From an uncultured bacterium (lineage in GTDB: Bacteria > Babelota > Babeliae > Babelales > Vermiphilaceae), in assembly GCA_963701085.1 (NCBI GenBank), contig OY969561.1, positions 992,001 to 1,056,000 of the forward strand: a stretch of DNA of 64,000 nucleotides, given 5' to 3'. The position numbers and the translations under genes were made by a program. The notes under the pieces were generated by a model that was given only the letters and a program-made list of their open reading frames with translations, did no database searches and was not told the DNA's origin. The first letter of the stretch is position 1. Each line of letters starts with the position of its first letter. Shown here piece after piece: positions 11,607 through 23,051 of this stretch.

Positions 11607-13413
11607 TTATTCCTTTGTGGCAGTCAACCCTTCTTCATTAAAACTTCGAAGGGCTGGCAGTAACTGCAGACCATAATCTTTAAGTTGTTTGTTTTCCACG
11701 GAAGTTGGTGATTCCATCATTGGATCACATCCACGCGCAGTTTTTGGAAACGCAATTACTTCACGAATGGATGCTGTATTAGTTAACAACATAATAAAAC
11801 GATCAAGACCAAGTGCAATACCACCATGCGGAGGGAATCCAAGTTCTTGTGCTTCAAGCAAGAATCCAAATTTTGATTCCACTTCTTCTTTACTTAATCC
11901 AAGAAGGTTAAATACTTTTTCCTGTACAGTACGATCATGAATACGAATTGATCCACCACCAAGTTCAATACCATTCAACACAACATCATATGCACGCGCT
12001 TTTATAACGCCCAGTTCTTGATTTTCCCAACCTTTGGCTGGTGAAGTAAATGGATGATGTTTTGCATTCCAACATTTATCTTTTTTATCATATTCAAGCA
12101 ATGGAAAATCAGTAACCCATGAAAAATTAAGTTCGTCTATCAGGAATAATATTCAACTCTTTTGCAAGTTCTTGACGTAAGCGTCCTAATATTTCCCATG
12201 CAGTTTCATATTCCCCTGCAACAATAAAAAGAACACTCCCATTAACAATTGCTTCACATGCATTAACTGCACGTGTAAAAAAATCTGCTGGTAAAAATTT
12301 TGAAACAGGAGAACTAATTTTATCAGGGCTTTCAAGATCAATCCATAACAAACCCTTTGCTCCTAATTTTTGGGCTTTATCCACCCAACGATTAAGTTCA
12401 GAATGCGTAAATGCATGGCCAGAAACATGAATGCCACCAATTTTTTCACCTCTATTAATTGCATCACGTAAAAATTTAAGTTCAGTATCAGCAAACAATG
12501 ACGTAAAATCATTAATTTTTAAATCATACCGCAAATCTGGCTTATCAGAACCATATGCTGCAAATGCTTCATCATACGTTAAACGCTTAAATGGTATTTT
12601 TAAATTTTTGCCGAGCACTTTTGTAAAAATATGTTTTAGCAAACGTTCAATCAGATCCTGTATAACATTTTCTCCAATAAATGACATTTCAACATCAAGC
12701 TGCGTAAATTCTGGCTGACGATCTGCACGTAAATCTTCATCACGGAAACAGCGCGCCACCTGAAAATACTTTTCCATGCCACCGCACATTAAAATCTGCT
12801 TATATAACTGAGGAGACTGTGGTAATGCATAAAAAGAACCTGGATGAATTCGTGAAGGAACCAAAAATTCACGTGCTCCTTCGGGCGTATTTTTGGTTAA
12901 AATAGGAGTTTCAATTTCATAAAACTGTTCACCATTTAAAAATTCACGCATCGCAAAAATAACTTTGTGACGCAATGCAAAATTGTTATGCATCTCAGGA
13001 CGACGCAAATCAAGATATCTATATTTTAAACGGAGCTCTTCATCAATAACATCAGTGCTTTCTATAGAAAATGGCAACATTTTTGCGGTGTTTAAAATGG
13101 TAATTTTTTCAACATGCAATTCCCATTTACCTGTTGCCAACTCTTTATTGATTGTTTCAGGAGCTCGTTCTACTACCTTGCCACAAACCGTTATGACATA
13201 CTCAGAACGTACCTTGTGAGCAATTTCATGAACTTCTTGTGAAAATTCAGGATTACAAACAAGCTGCATCAACCCACTACGATCACGCAAATCAATAAAA
13301 ATTAATCCACCATGATCACGACGCCTATGAACCCATCCAGAAAGACATATCTGTTTATTTAAATATTGTTCATTAACTAATCCACACCCTGTTGTGCGTT
13401 CAGATATTTCCAT
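11607..13413 (-). CDS. aspS: Aspartate--tRNA ligase, split by one frameshift near 12130
   Basis: GWVHRRRDHGGLIFIDLRD, PQSPQLYKQ, CFRDEDLRADRQPEFTQ, HHPFT, GGGSIRIH, PPHGGIALGLDR. Confidence 0.95.
11628..11660 (+). repeat. Repeat family B, in-frame in the aspS C-terminus
   Basis: CCCTTCTTCATTAAAACTTCGAAGGGCTGGCAG (encodes LPALRSFNEEG). Confidence 0.6.
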
Positions 13414-13483
13414 ATATATTTCCTTAAAAAATCTTAATCCAATAATTAGAAAGTAAAATAATAGTAATAATTATATCACAACA

Positions 13484-13520
13484 AAAAAAAGGGTAACACG
13501 CGTATTTATCGTGTTACCCC
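13484..13520 (-). terminator. Terminator of the OMP gene
   Basis: GGGTAACACG...CGTGTTACCC stem with A tract on the + strand (U tract on -). Confidence 0.65.
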
Positions 13521-13537
13521 ATGTTTTTACTCATTCA

Positions 13538-15472
13538 TTAAAAGCAATAAATCAATCCCAAATTAAAGGTATATGCAACATTATTGCCTAAACCAGGAAT
13601 ACGATCTGGTTTACCTGTTGGATCTTCACTATCATAAAACGCTTCTTCTTCATCAGTAAAAACTCGCGTTCCCATGCGATCTTTATAATGTGATCCAGGG
13701 AAAAACATTGAAGACACCCAGAAAATTTTCAAATCTTTAAGCAAACTATAGTTAATAAACAATCCTGTTTCAACACCAAGGAATGTTCGTGCCTTACCAA
13801 TTTGCTTTTCTTGCCATAAAGCGAGAACGTTAGGATTTATCTCAAACGGCTTTTTCCATGATTTTGGTTTCCATTTTAATGATGTACCACAGTAAATCAA
13901 GTTGGTAAATCCAGAAACTGCTTGTGCTTTAGTCGTTGGTGCTTGAACATCTCCTGAGGCTGGTGTTGAAAATAATCGTTTTAATTTTCCCGCACCACCA
14001 AGTAAGAATACACTTCGCACACGCTTTCCAGAATATGTTTCTTGTAATCCTATAAACCCTTCATACGTACCATCTTTGCTTTCAAAATTAGGATTATCAT
14101 CTCCTGAAGCAACCCCTGCAGCTACCGCTAAAAGTAGATCTTTATCACAGAATGAATATCCAGCATCAGTCACAAACATCCAACCTCTGTACGTATTAGT
14201 GTAATGTTTGCCAAATCGCCCTTTGCTATTTATTAAAGCAATCTGAGTACCCGGTTTATTCACTAAATACCCTAGTGATGATACTTTACCAATTTCTTGA
14301 CCATTCCAGTTTTCACTTTGTTTTGTAGGATCATTAATAAATTTTTGAGCGTCACTACCAGGAACATACGGCGCAGGTTCAACAACTGGCTGACCGAGTA
14401 AATCGATATAACTTGCATTAACGTTGTCATTAACCAAAACAACAACACCTTTGTTATTATTTTCTTTAATAATATTACGATCCCAGCCTTTTACGCGCTG
14501 CTGACCAAAGTTAACCGCATAATCAAAACCACACTCAAAGCGATTACCATAAAATTCACTTGCTAATCCTGCAGTTCCAAGCTTGCTGGATGCATCAGCA
14601 GGAAATTCAATTTTTTGTTCAGGATCATTGTTATATAATCCGTAAGGCTCAACTGTCAATCTACCAAGCCATGAATTATCAAACACATTCCAATTAAAGC
14701 GCCCTGCCATTATATAATTTACTTTACCAAAACCACGTTTAGTATCCTTATCAACCGCTCCAATATGCTGAGCAAAAATAACTTTTTCAGTATCAGCTAT
14801 GCCGGTACTATTGTTTTGTAAAATAGCGGTATATAAATCATATGATAAAATTTTTGGAAAAATATCTCCTGAAAATTTTGCACCAAATGCATACTGATCA
14901 ACAACACTATCAGACCAAAAACCAAGAACTTCAGGACCACTTGCATAAGCATCGCCAAGAGCAATACCACGACCCAACTGAAACGGAAATGCCCCAATAG
15001 TAAATGTATGAATGTTTTTAAAGGGCAGATTAACTGCTTGGTTAATATTAAATTGTAACCATAACTGTCTAATCCAAAATACATGGCGAGGGAATCCGTG
15101 TTTATGAGTTCCTCTAATAGCATCAAGAATTTTTATATCCGCAAATGTTGTACTTGCTATACTTTCAGGATTTCCCCATATCCCTTTGTTACGAACCTGG
15201 AAAAGAAATTCTGCTATTTTTTCTCCATATGTCTGTGCGCCATACAACAAATCAACAGAGAGATCTAAAACATGCTTAGAAACATATGATTTATCAAAAT
15301 CATTATCATTATTCAGCCAATTAACATTTTTACCATAAAATGTTTCTGGCTTAAATACACCAGAAAAAACATATTCAAAATCACCGGATGTTGATCGTAG
15401 TTCAGCCCGTAACAAGCCAACCGATAAAAATTGTAATATAATAACTGTTAACAAATATCCCTTAATGCGCAT
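13538..15472 (-). CDS. Probable outer-membrane beta-barrel protein
   Basis: Signal peptide (MRIKGYLL...LRA); aromatic/Gly-rich alternating strands; C-terminal YTFNLGLIYCF beta-signal ending in Phe. Confidence 0.65.
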   Translation of the reverse strand: MRIKGYLLTVIILQFLSVGLLRAELRSTSGDFEYVFSGVFKPETFYGKNVNWLNNDNDFDKSYVSKHVLDLSVDLLYGAQTYGEKIAEFLFQVRNKGIWGNPESIASTTFADIKILDAIRGTHKHGFPRHVFWIRQLWLQFNINQAVNLPFKNIHTFTIGAFPFQLGRGIALGDAYASGPEVLGFWSDSVVDQYAFGAKFSGDIFPKILSYDLYTAILQNNSTGIADTEKVIFAQHIGAVDKDTKRGFGKVNYIMAGRFNWNVFDNSWLGRLTVEPYGLYNNDPEQKIEFPADASSKLGTAGLASEFYGNRFECGFDYAVNFGQQRVKGWDRNIIKENNNKGVVVLVNDNVNASYIDLLGQPVVEPAPYVPGSDAQKFINDPTKQSENWNGQEIGKVSSLGYLVNKPGTQIALINSKGRFGKHYTNTYRGWMFVTDAGYSFCDKDLLLAVAAGVASGDDNPNFESKDGTYEGFIGLQETYSGKRVRSVFLLGGAGKLKRLFSTPASGDVQAPTTKAQAVSGFTNLIYCGTSLKWKPKSWKKPFEINPNVLALWQEKQIGKARTFLGVETGLFINYSLLKDLKIFWVSSMFFPGSHYKDRMGTRVFTDEEEAFYDSEDPTGKPDRIPGLGNNVAYTFNLGLIYCF

Positions 15473-15631
15473 GTCTTCCTTTGAATCCTGTATAACCACA
15501 AAATAGATTGAATAGAAATGTGTAAAAAATTCGAATTTTAATCTGAATAGATTACTCTAAAATAATCGTACTCTATTGGGTTAATTTGTCAACTCAAAAA
15601 GCTGTTTTAACCTATCTACAAAAGGATTTTA

Positions 15632-16531
15632 ATGCGTAAAGAACATTCACTTTTACTCGGTGCCCACATGTCCATAGCAGGCGGAATACAACTTGCCATA
15701 GAACGAGGAGAATCAATTGGGTGCACGGCAATTCAAATATTTACCAAAAGCAATCGTCAATGGCATGCAAAGCCTATCACTGATGAAGAAGCAATAGCTT
15801 TTAAAAATGCATGGAAAAACTCATCCATTCAATCAGTTATTGCCCATGCTTCCTATCTTATTAACATTGGATCATCAAACCATGAAATTGAAAAAAAGTC
15901 AGTCAACGCTCTTGAGCTGGAAATCAAAAGATGTACTGAACTGGATATACCCTATCTTGTTTTACATCCTGGATCGCGCACAGATGCCGATGAAGAATCA
16001 TGTCTTGCCAAAATCAGCGATAATCTTAACAAACTTCTGGCTAAAACCTCCGATTGCACAATTTTATTAGAAACAATGGCTGGCCAGGGAACTAATGTAG
16101 GCTATTCCTTTGAACACCTTGCACAAATAATTAAGAATATCGACCATAAAAATCGTGTTGGTGTCTGTTTGGATACCTGTCATGCATTTGCTGCAGGCTA
16201 TGACTTTAGAACAGAAAAAACATATAATCTTATGTGGGAACAATTTGATAAGATAATCGGGATTAATAAACTCAAAGCAGTTCACATCAATGATTCACAA
16301 CAAGATCTTGGATCCCGTGTGGATCGTCATACTGATATCGGCAAGGGAAAGATAGGATTAAGAGCCTTTGAATTGTTGTTTAATGATCCAAGATTTTTTG
16401 ATATCCCCAAGGTTTTAGAAACCCCAAAAGATGATCTATCTGATGATAAAAGAAATATGGAAAAATTAATAGATTTGCTGACTCATAAAACGCGAACGCT
16501 CTTACACGTTGCTACAAAAAAAGAAAATTAG
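15632..16531 (+). CDS. nfo: Endonuclease IV (AP endonuclease)
   Basis: GAHMSIAGG, HASYLIN, VLHPGS, LLETMAGQG, CLDTCHAFAAG, HINDS, DRH, LETP. Confidence 0.95.
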   Translation: MRKEHSLLLGAHMSIAGGIQLAIERGESIGCTAIQIFTKSNRQWHAKPITDEEAIAFKNAWKNSSIQSVIAHASYLINIGSSNHEIEKKSVNALELEIKRCTELDIPYLVLHPGSRTDADEESCLAKISDNLNKLLAKTSDCTILLETMAGQGTNVGYSFEHLAQIIKNIDHKNRVGVCLDTCHAFAAGYDFRTEKTYNLMWEQFDKIIGINKLKAVHINDSQQDLGSRVDRHTDIGKGKIGLRAFELLFNDPRFFDIPKVLETPKDDLSDDKRNMEKLIDLLTHKTRTLLHVATKKEN

Positions 16532-16847
16532 AAACTGAGATAATAGATTATATCTTTGAAAGTGAGCTAAGAAGAAATTGTAGTAAATAAATCAAAGAAA
16601 ATATAATCCATTATCTCGTCACTAAAACAGTGCTTTCAACCATCCTTTTTAACTAACCACTAATAAAAAAGGAATTAAAATACTTAAAAGCATTATTAAG
16701 TTTGAACATGATCATCTAAAAAACAATTTTTTTTTTATTTAAATTTGTGCAACAACAAAAAAAGCTATAAACAAAGACTATTTTAAGAAATTTATGTTGT
16801 TTTATTAAAAAAACAACATAAAACAACAAAAAAACATAACCCCTCTA

Positions 16848-18527
16848 TTATTGACTGTTTTTTTGGGCAACAGCCTCAATAAAGCTTTTAAATAAAGGAT
16901 GTACTTTAATCGGTGAGGATTGAAATTCTGGATGAAATTGTACTCCTACCATAAATGTATGATCTTTTACTTCTGCTATTTCAATTAAATCCATAGCAAC
17001 GCACATACCAGAAAAGACAATTCCTGCTTTCTCAAGTTGTTGTTTATATTCTTTATTTACTTCATAGCGATGTCTATGACGTTCAAGAACAGAATCTGAT
17101 TCATAAGCCTTATATGCATGAGTTCCTTTAATAAGTGTACACAAATAAGAACCCAGTCGCATATTAGCCCCTTTAGTAGTTATATTCTTCTGCTCACTCA
17201 TCATATACACAACAGGATCCTTGGTGTGCACATCAAATTCTGTACTATTTGCTGTATCAAGACCCAACAAAGAACGAGCTGCTTCTATAATCATAACCTG
17301 CATACCAAGACAAAGACCTAAATAAGGAATATCATTTTCACGAGCCCATTGACATGCTAAAATCTTACCTTCAACGCCCCTTGAATCAAAACCACCCGGA
17401 ACAACAATACCGTCGACAGATTTAAGATCTTTCCATGCTTGACTGTTGTCTTGATTATTATAATCCTTCTCAAGTCTCTCCGCTTCGATCGTAACAATGT
17501 TAACGCAATAATTAATATTATATGCAGCAGATTTTATTGCCTCAAATACACTAATATAGGGATCATTACTCCCAACATATTTTGCAACAAGACCAACTGT
17601 TAACGTTTTTTTGCTCTCAGCTATCTTATCAATAAATTGACGCCATAATGATATATCGATTTTTTTAATAGATGGAAGTTTAAAAAAATCTTGAATTTTT
17701 TCACCTACCCCTTGTTTTTCCAACTCAATAAATATTCTATAAACAGGATTAAATGTTAATACCTGAAAAATATACTCTTTTTTTACTTCGCACATAACTG
17801 AAAGCTTATCAATTGAGTGATTCTCAATTTCTCTATCTGCACGCAAGAATAAACAATCTGGTGTTAATCCTGCACGTTTTAACTCTATCACACTATGTTG
17901 TGTTGGCTTTGTTTTTACTTCATTCGCCCAATTAAGAAAAGGCACCAAGCTTAAATGTGCATGCATGACGTGTTTTGGGCCCAAATCCATTTTCAATTGA
18001 CGAACTGCTTCCAAAAAAAGCTCACCTTCAATATCACCAACAGTGCCACCAATCTCAAGTAAAACAAAATCGACATTATGTTTTAATGCAAATTCCAAAA
18101 GACGCTTTTTAGCAACATCAACAACATGCGGCACAAGCTGAATGCATTTGCCCAAAAAACGCCCTTCTCTTTCTCCATCAAGAACTTCCTTATAAATCTG
18201 CCCTGATGAAACAGAAGAATCTCTTTCTAAATTGAGACCTACCAATCGTTCATAATGACCCAAATCCAAATCAGTTTCAGCTCCATCAGATGTAACAAAA
18301 ACTTCACCATGAACAAGAGGTGACATCGTTCCTGGATCAACATTAAGATAAGGATCCCACTTAAGAATTGAAACTGAATATCCCGCTCCTTTTAAAAGTA
18401 CGCCAAGGGATGCAATCAAAATTCCTTTACCAATAGATGAACAAACACCACCGGTAACAACAATAAATTTCACGGGAGAAGTACGAACTTTTTCAAGCAA
18501 AACAGAAACTTCAGAAGCTATTTTCAT
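16848..18527 (-). CDS. pyrG: CTP synthase
   Basis: VTGGVCSSIGKG, DPYLNVDPGTMSP, KTKPTQHSV, GLCLGMQ, RHRHRYE, QFHPEF. Confidence 0.97.
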   Translation of the reverse strand: MKIASEVSVLLEKVRTSPVKFIVVTGGVCSSIGKGILIASLGVLLKGAGYSVSILKWDPYLNVDPGTMSPLVHGEVFVTSDGAETDLDLGHYERLVGLNLERDSSVSSGQIYKEVLDGEREGRFLGKCIQLVPHVVDVAKKRLLEFALKHNVDFVLLEIGGTVGDIEGELFLEAVRQLKMDLGPKHVMHAHLSLVPFLNWANEVKTKPTQHSVIELKRAGLTPDCLFLRADREIENHSIDKLSVMCEVKKEYIFQVLTFNPVYRIFIELEKQGVGEKIQDFFKLPSIKKIDISLWRQFIDKIAESKKTLTVGLVAKYVGSNDPYISVFEAIKSAAYNINYCVNIVTIEAERLEKDYNNQDNSQAWKDLKSVDGIVVPGGFDSRGVEGKILACQWARENDIPYLGLCLGMQVMIIEAARSLLGLDTANSTEFDVHTKDPVVYMMSEQKNITTKGANMRLGSYLCTLIKGTHAYKAYESDSVLERHRHRYEVNKEYKQQLEKAGIVFSGMCVAMDLIEIAEVKDHTFMVGVQFHPEFQSSPIKVHPLFKSFIEAVAQKNSQ

Positions 18528-18569
18528 GGAGACAGTACCTTTTTTTACACAATTTTATCATTGCTATTA

Positions 18570-18600
18570 AAAAAGACGCCGTACTAATACGGCGTCAAAA
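18570..18600 (-). terminator. Hairpin after infB
   Basis: GACGCCGTA-CTAA-TACGGCGTC stem with adjacent A tract. Confidence 0.6.
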
Positions 18601-18631
18601 TTGTTTTTTTTAATCAAAAAATCAACATTTC

Positions 18632-20683
18632 TTATTTTTTTGGAACATCAATGAAACATTCAACGCGATCATCTTCAGCCCATTCAGAAAAACCATTTAC
18701 CATAAATGCGCATTCAAAACCACTAAATACTTCTTTTACTGATTTTTTATCACGCTGCAAGCTTGAAATTTTTCCTTCACCAACTTTTGTTTTACCACGC
18801 CAAATCACAACATATCCATCGCGAGTAAAACGACCATCCCGCATAATTGCACCAGCAATAACACCAATTTTCTTAATATCAAATACACGAAGAACAACAG
18901 CTTCACCAATTTTAGTGCGAACCATTTCAATATCTTTTGCTGCTTCAGCAATGGTATCCAATTCTTCAAGTAATTTGTAAATAATACCATAGTAAGCAAT
19001 TGATACTTTTCTGCGATCAGCAAGATCTTGCGCATTTGATTCAGTTTTTACGTTGAAACAAATAATACGCGCTCCCGTATTAAAGGCAAATTCAATATCA
19101 CCTTCATTTACGTTGCCAACTTCTTGGCGTAGAATATTAAAACCTTTTTTTAATTTTTTAGAAAGACGATCAATTCCTTCAACAATTGCTTCAAGAGATG
19201 AATGGTTATCAGTCTTAACGATAAGATTAATACCTTTTTCATACATAAAACGCTTACCTGCTAGAGAAACTTTACCTTCTCCCGCTGATCTTATTTTTAA
19301 GTATTCATCTTTTGATACAACTCTAAAAAAATCTCCTGCCTCTGGTCTACTATCAAACCCAGCTGCCTGAGCGGGAATTGATGGATAAACTTCTTTAATT
19401 CTTTTGCCATATGAATCAAACAAAGAACTGATGTGACCTGATGTATTACCGCACAACAGATAGTCACCAACTTTTAAAACTCCATTTTGAGCAATAACCG
19501 TTGCAACAGCTCCACGCCCTGTTTCCACAGATGATTCTAAAATATATCCATTAGCTGGAACATTAATTTCTGCACGCAATTCCATTACTTCTGCTTGTAA
19601 ATTAATCATTTCAAGCAAATGATCAACCCCTGTTCCTGTTTTTGCTGAAATAGGAACGCATATAACATCTCCACCCCAATCTTCTACCGTAATACCATGT
19701 TGGTTAAGTTGTCTTTTTATTACATCAAGACGGGATGAATCGACCTTATCCATTTTATTTATTGCAACAATTATTGGCACTTTCATAGAAAGAGCATATT
19801 TTATTGCTTCAACTGTTTGAGGCATAACACCATCATCAGCCGCAACAATAAGAATTACAATATCCGCAACTTTTATACCACGCTGCCTAATTTTAACAAA
19901 AGCTTCATGTCCTGGAGTATCAAGAAAGACAATATTACCATGAGGAGTTGTTGCTTCATAAGCACCTAAATGCTGCGTTATTCCGCCCTTTTCTTTAAAG
20001 GCAACACGTGTTTTTCTAATATAATCAAGAAGAGTTGTTTTTCCATGATCAACGTGTCCAACAATAACAATAACTGGTGGTCTTTCTTTTAATGCAGAAC
20101 CGCTCGGCATTTTTTTAGCCGCTTCAACCACTTCTTGCTTTTCAGCAGTTTTTATAACGGGAATCTCATAGTGTCCAGCGAGCCGCTGTACCACCGTTTC
20201 AGGAATAATTTGGTTTTTGGTTGCTACTATTCCCCATTTAAGGAGAGTAATAATAACATCAGTAACTGGTTTTTTAGTTTTTTCCGCAAACTCAACCACA
20301 CTCATTTGGTGAACTAACAGTCCAACATTTGGAGCAAGAGCAGGTTGTTCTTTTTTACTTGGAGTAATAACTGGTTGCTCTTTTTTTGCAGAAATAGATT
20401 GTTGTTTTTTTTCTTCAGAAACTTTTGGAGACTTCTGAGCTGTTGCAGATGATAATTCAGGCACTTTGTTTTCAATCAGGCTAGAAGGTTTTGATTCTGT
20501 TAATGATTCAACATTTTTATGAGAGTTTTTGTCAGCCTTTGTTGATAACTTATTTAAAAAAGAAAGAGCTTTTTCATCCAAAATGGACATGTGACTTTTG
20601 ACATCAAAGCCATTTTTTTGCAATTTTTCTATAATATCTTTACTTGAAACATTGTTTAATTGGGCAAATTCATATATTCGCAT
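18632..20683 (-). CDS. infB: Translation initiation factor IF-2
   Basis: [39 protein letters not shown]. Confidence 0.97.
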   Translation of the reverse strand: MRIYEFAQLNNVSSKDIIEKLQKNGFDVKSHMSILDEKALSFLNKLSTKADKNSHKNVESLTESKPSSLIENKVPELSSATAQKSPKVSEEKKQQSISAKKEQPVITPSKKEQPALAPNVGLLVHQMSVVEFAEKTKKPVTDVIITLLKWGIVATKNQIIPETVVQRLAGHYEIPVIKTAEKQEVVEAAKKMPSGSALKERPPVIVIVGHVDHGKTTLLDYIRKTRVAFKEKGGITQHLGAYEATTPHGNIVFLDTPGHEAFVKIRQRGIKVADIVILIVAADDGVMPQTVEAIKYALSMKVPIIVAINKMDKVDSSRLDVIKRQLNQHGITVEDWGGDVICVPISAKTGTGVDHLLEMINLQAEVMELRAEINVPANGYILESSVETGRGAVATVIAQNGVLKVGDYLLCGNTSGHISSLFDSYGKRIKEVYPSIPAQAAGFDSRPEAGDFFRVVSKDEYLKIRSAGEGKVSLAGKRFMYEKGINLIVKTDNHSSLEAIVEGIDRLSKKLKKGFNILRQEVGNVNEGDIEFAFNTGARIICFNVKTESNAQDLADRRKVSIAYYGIIYKLLEELDTIAEAAKDIEMVRTKIGEAVVLRVFDIKKIGVIAGAIMRDGRFTRDGYVVIWRGKTKVGEGKISSLQRDKKSVKEVFSGFECAFMVNGFSEWAEDDRVECFIDVPKK

Positions 20684-20707
20684 AATAAAAAACTAAACAT
20701 CTTTTTT

Positions 20708-21781
20708 CTAAGCTTCTTCATTGGTTAACACTTCATCATCAACATCTTCTCTGTCTTTTTTAGGCACATCTTCACGAACAAGCTGAATACTTACACCAGT
20801 AATTTGAGAGGCTAACATTATATTTTGCCCGCCTTTTCCAATAGCAAATGGTCTTTGATCTTCATTCAGCCATACACGAGCTATTGTATTATCAGAACTC
20901 ATCTCTACTCGATCAATAGCAGCCGGCTTTAAAGAATTTTTTACAAACAATGGTAAAACATCACTCCAAAGAAAAACATCAATTGTTTCACCACCAAGCT
21001 CTTTTAAGATTGGCTTTATACGACTACCACCAACACCAACACATGTTCCAACAGGATCAATATTTCTATCATGAGAGGAAACAGCCACTTTTGATTTATA
21101 CCCAGAAGAACGGACAATTTTTTTAATTTCAACCAATTTTTCAAACACTTCTGGAATTTCTAACGCAAACAAAGCCTCTAAAAATTCTGACGAAATGCGA
21201 TCTAAAATAAGCTGATAATCACCTTGTGGCTCAACAAGCACTTCTTTCAACAAAGCTCTAACGGTATAACCAACTGCAAATTTTTCACCAGGAATGGAGA
21301 GAGAGTAAGGTAAAAAGGCATAAACATCACCAAACTTAACGGATATACCTCCACGTTCAGCCTTGTGAATGGTTCCAATAATAATTTGACCTTGTTTGTT
21401 TTTAAACTGATCGTAAACAATCTGAGCTTCGATTTGCTTGATACGACTTGCAATAACTTGACGCGCTCTCAGCACTTCAACGCGGCCAATTTTACCTTCA
21501 AACGGAACCCATATTTGATCATCCAAAGCAATATCTTTGTTTATATTGCGAGCTTTTTTTAGACTGATCTGGCTGTATTCATCATCAACAGACGCTACAA
21601 CAGTTTTTTGAACGAGCACAACAAGATTACCCGTAACGGAATCCGCTTCCACTTTGAGTGCAAGATCTGGATATTTACGTTGATAGGCAGCAAGCATACC
21701 TTCGCATACCACGGCACCTAAAGATTCTTTTTCTAATCCACGTTCTTCAACTAATTCGTCTATTACGTCAGCAAGTTTCAC
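20708..21781 (-). CDS. nusA: Transcription factor NusA
   Basis: N-terminal EERGL; S1 domain; EIPEV, DPVGTCVG..GSRI and AIGKGGQN KH motifs; upstream of infB. Confidence 0.95.
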   Translation of the reverse strand: MKLADVIDELVEERGLEKESLGAVVCEGMLAAYQRKYPDLALKVEADSVTGNLVVLVQKTVVASVDDEYSQISLKKARNINKDIALDDQIWVPFEGKIGRVEVLRARQVIASRIKQIEAQIVYDQFKNKQGQIIIGTIHKAERGGISVKFGDVYAFLPYSLSIPGEKFAVGYTVRALLKEVLVEPQGDYQLILDRISSEFLEALFALEIPEVFEKLVEIKKIVRSSGYKSKVAVSSHDRNIDPVGTCVGVGGSRIKPILKELGGETIDVFLWSDVLPLFVKNSLKPAAIDRVEMSSDNTIARVWLNEDQRPFAIGKGGQNIMLASQITGVSIQLVREDVPKKDREDVDDEVLTNEEA

Positions 21782-21999
21782 AAGCTACCTCAAGTGATGA
21801 TAAATAATTAATTTTTTGTAACGATCAATATGGTCGTTGTTTTGACAAGAGATTACGACAGCAAAAAAAAAGTGCTGCAAACGTTTTTTCAAGTCTTATA
21901 CGTAAAGCTTATTACAATTATTTTTTTCTGGCAATAGTAAAGAGCAAATCCCCCCTTTTTCTGTATTTTAAGGTGCAGTTTAAGATTTGCTCTAAAAAA

Positions 22000-22330
22000 A
22001 AATAATCGTGAGCCTATTATTATAGTCTTAAAAAGAATAGATATATTCTCTTAAGATAATAGGTGAAGGGGTTAGTGGTGCATAACTCGCCATTTTTTCT
22101 TCCAATACATCGATTAGATCACTATAATTTTTTTAAAATGGGTGGTGCATAAGTGGTTGATAACTGGTTGATAACTCTGGAAATAGCTATTGGATCGATA
22201 CTTTTAGAGGACAATTGTTGAAAAGTTCTTTTTGATCGCACTATTCATTCGATGAAAAAATGATGAAAAAAAAGTTATGAACAAGTTATGCACCACTTAT
22301 CAACCACTTATGCACCACTTATGCACCACC
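22000..22330. other. Putative chromosomal replication origin (oriC)
   Basis: Nine DnaA-box-like 9-mers (TTATGCACC/TTATCAACC/TTATGAACA), eight of them in two oppositely oriented 11-bp-phased arrays; AT-rich flanks; GC skew reverses here. Confidence 0.75.
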
Positions 22331-22384
22331 CCTGAGCAATTCTGTGTGTAATTTGCATGCTTTGTAGCAGGCGACAGTTTTTTA

Positions 22385-22960
22385 TTATTGTTTGCAAATT
22401 GAATAAGCGGTGTAGATATCCTTGGTCAGTAAATCTGTTTTTTTTGGATTTCTGAGAATATAAGCCGGATGATAGGTCGGAATGACTATAATTGAACCAA
22501 AAAGTAGCTGCGTGCCATGAATTTCGTGCATTTTTACCGGTTTTTCGAGTAAGGCTTCTATAGCGGCTGATCCAAGAGTGCAGATGACTTTGGGTTTGAT
22601 GATGCTAATTTGATTGATGAGCAAGAGGTCTTTGCATGTTTTTGTTTCTTGTGGAGTTGGCTTACGGTTTTGCGGAGGACGACATTTTACGCTGTTGGTG
22701 ATAAATATTTTTTCTCTGTTTATATCGAGCGAGGTTAGTATTTTGGTGAGAAATTTACCTGATCTACCAATAAATGGAATTCCTTGTTCATCTTCATCCT
22801 TTCCAGGCGCTTCTCCAATGATCATTAGTTGCGCATTGGGGTTTCCTTGTCCAAAAACAACAGTTTTTCTTCCCAGTTTTCCCAATGGACAGGAGAGACA
22901 TTTGATATAAGGCTCGTATAGTTGTTGCAAAAGTACTGTTTTTTGATCTTTTTGATTCAT
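22385..22960 (-). CDS. Uracil-DNA glycosylase family 4
   Basis: C..C.L Fe-S ligands, IIGEAPG, PFIGRSG, VKCRPP.NR.P, TYHPAYILRN. Confidence 0.93.
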   Translation of the reverse strand: MNQKDQKTVLLQQLYEPYIKCLSCPLGKLGRKTVVFGQGNPNAQLMIIGEAPGKDEDEQGIPFIGRSGKFLTKILTSLDINREKIFITNSVKCRPPQNRKPTPQETKTCKDLLLINQISIIKPKVICTLGSAAIEALLEKPVKMHEIHGTQLLFGSIIVIPTYHPAYILRNPKKTDLLTKDIYTAYSICKQ

Positions 22961-23051
22961 ATGTTGCTTTCGTTCATTCCGAGTGTATTGAGCGAAAAAA
23001 TAAATAGTGCACCATTAAGTATATACAAAATAGTGCACTATGTTACTTTTT

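Noticed and set aside
12100-12140. Split aspS as a two-subunit enzyme
   Set aside because: The motif sequence continues across the break in another frame (ELNFSWVTDFP); likely indel error
16532-16847. ncRNA or small gene in the nfo-pyrG gap
   Set aside because: Very AT-rich, no convincing ORF or stable structure seen
22275-22327. CRISPR array or simple VNTR
   Set aside because: 11-bp period with no unique spacers and no cas genes; inverted array and skew flip fit DnaA boxes better
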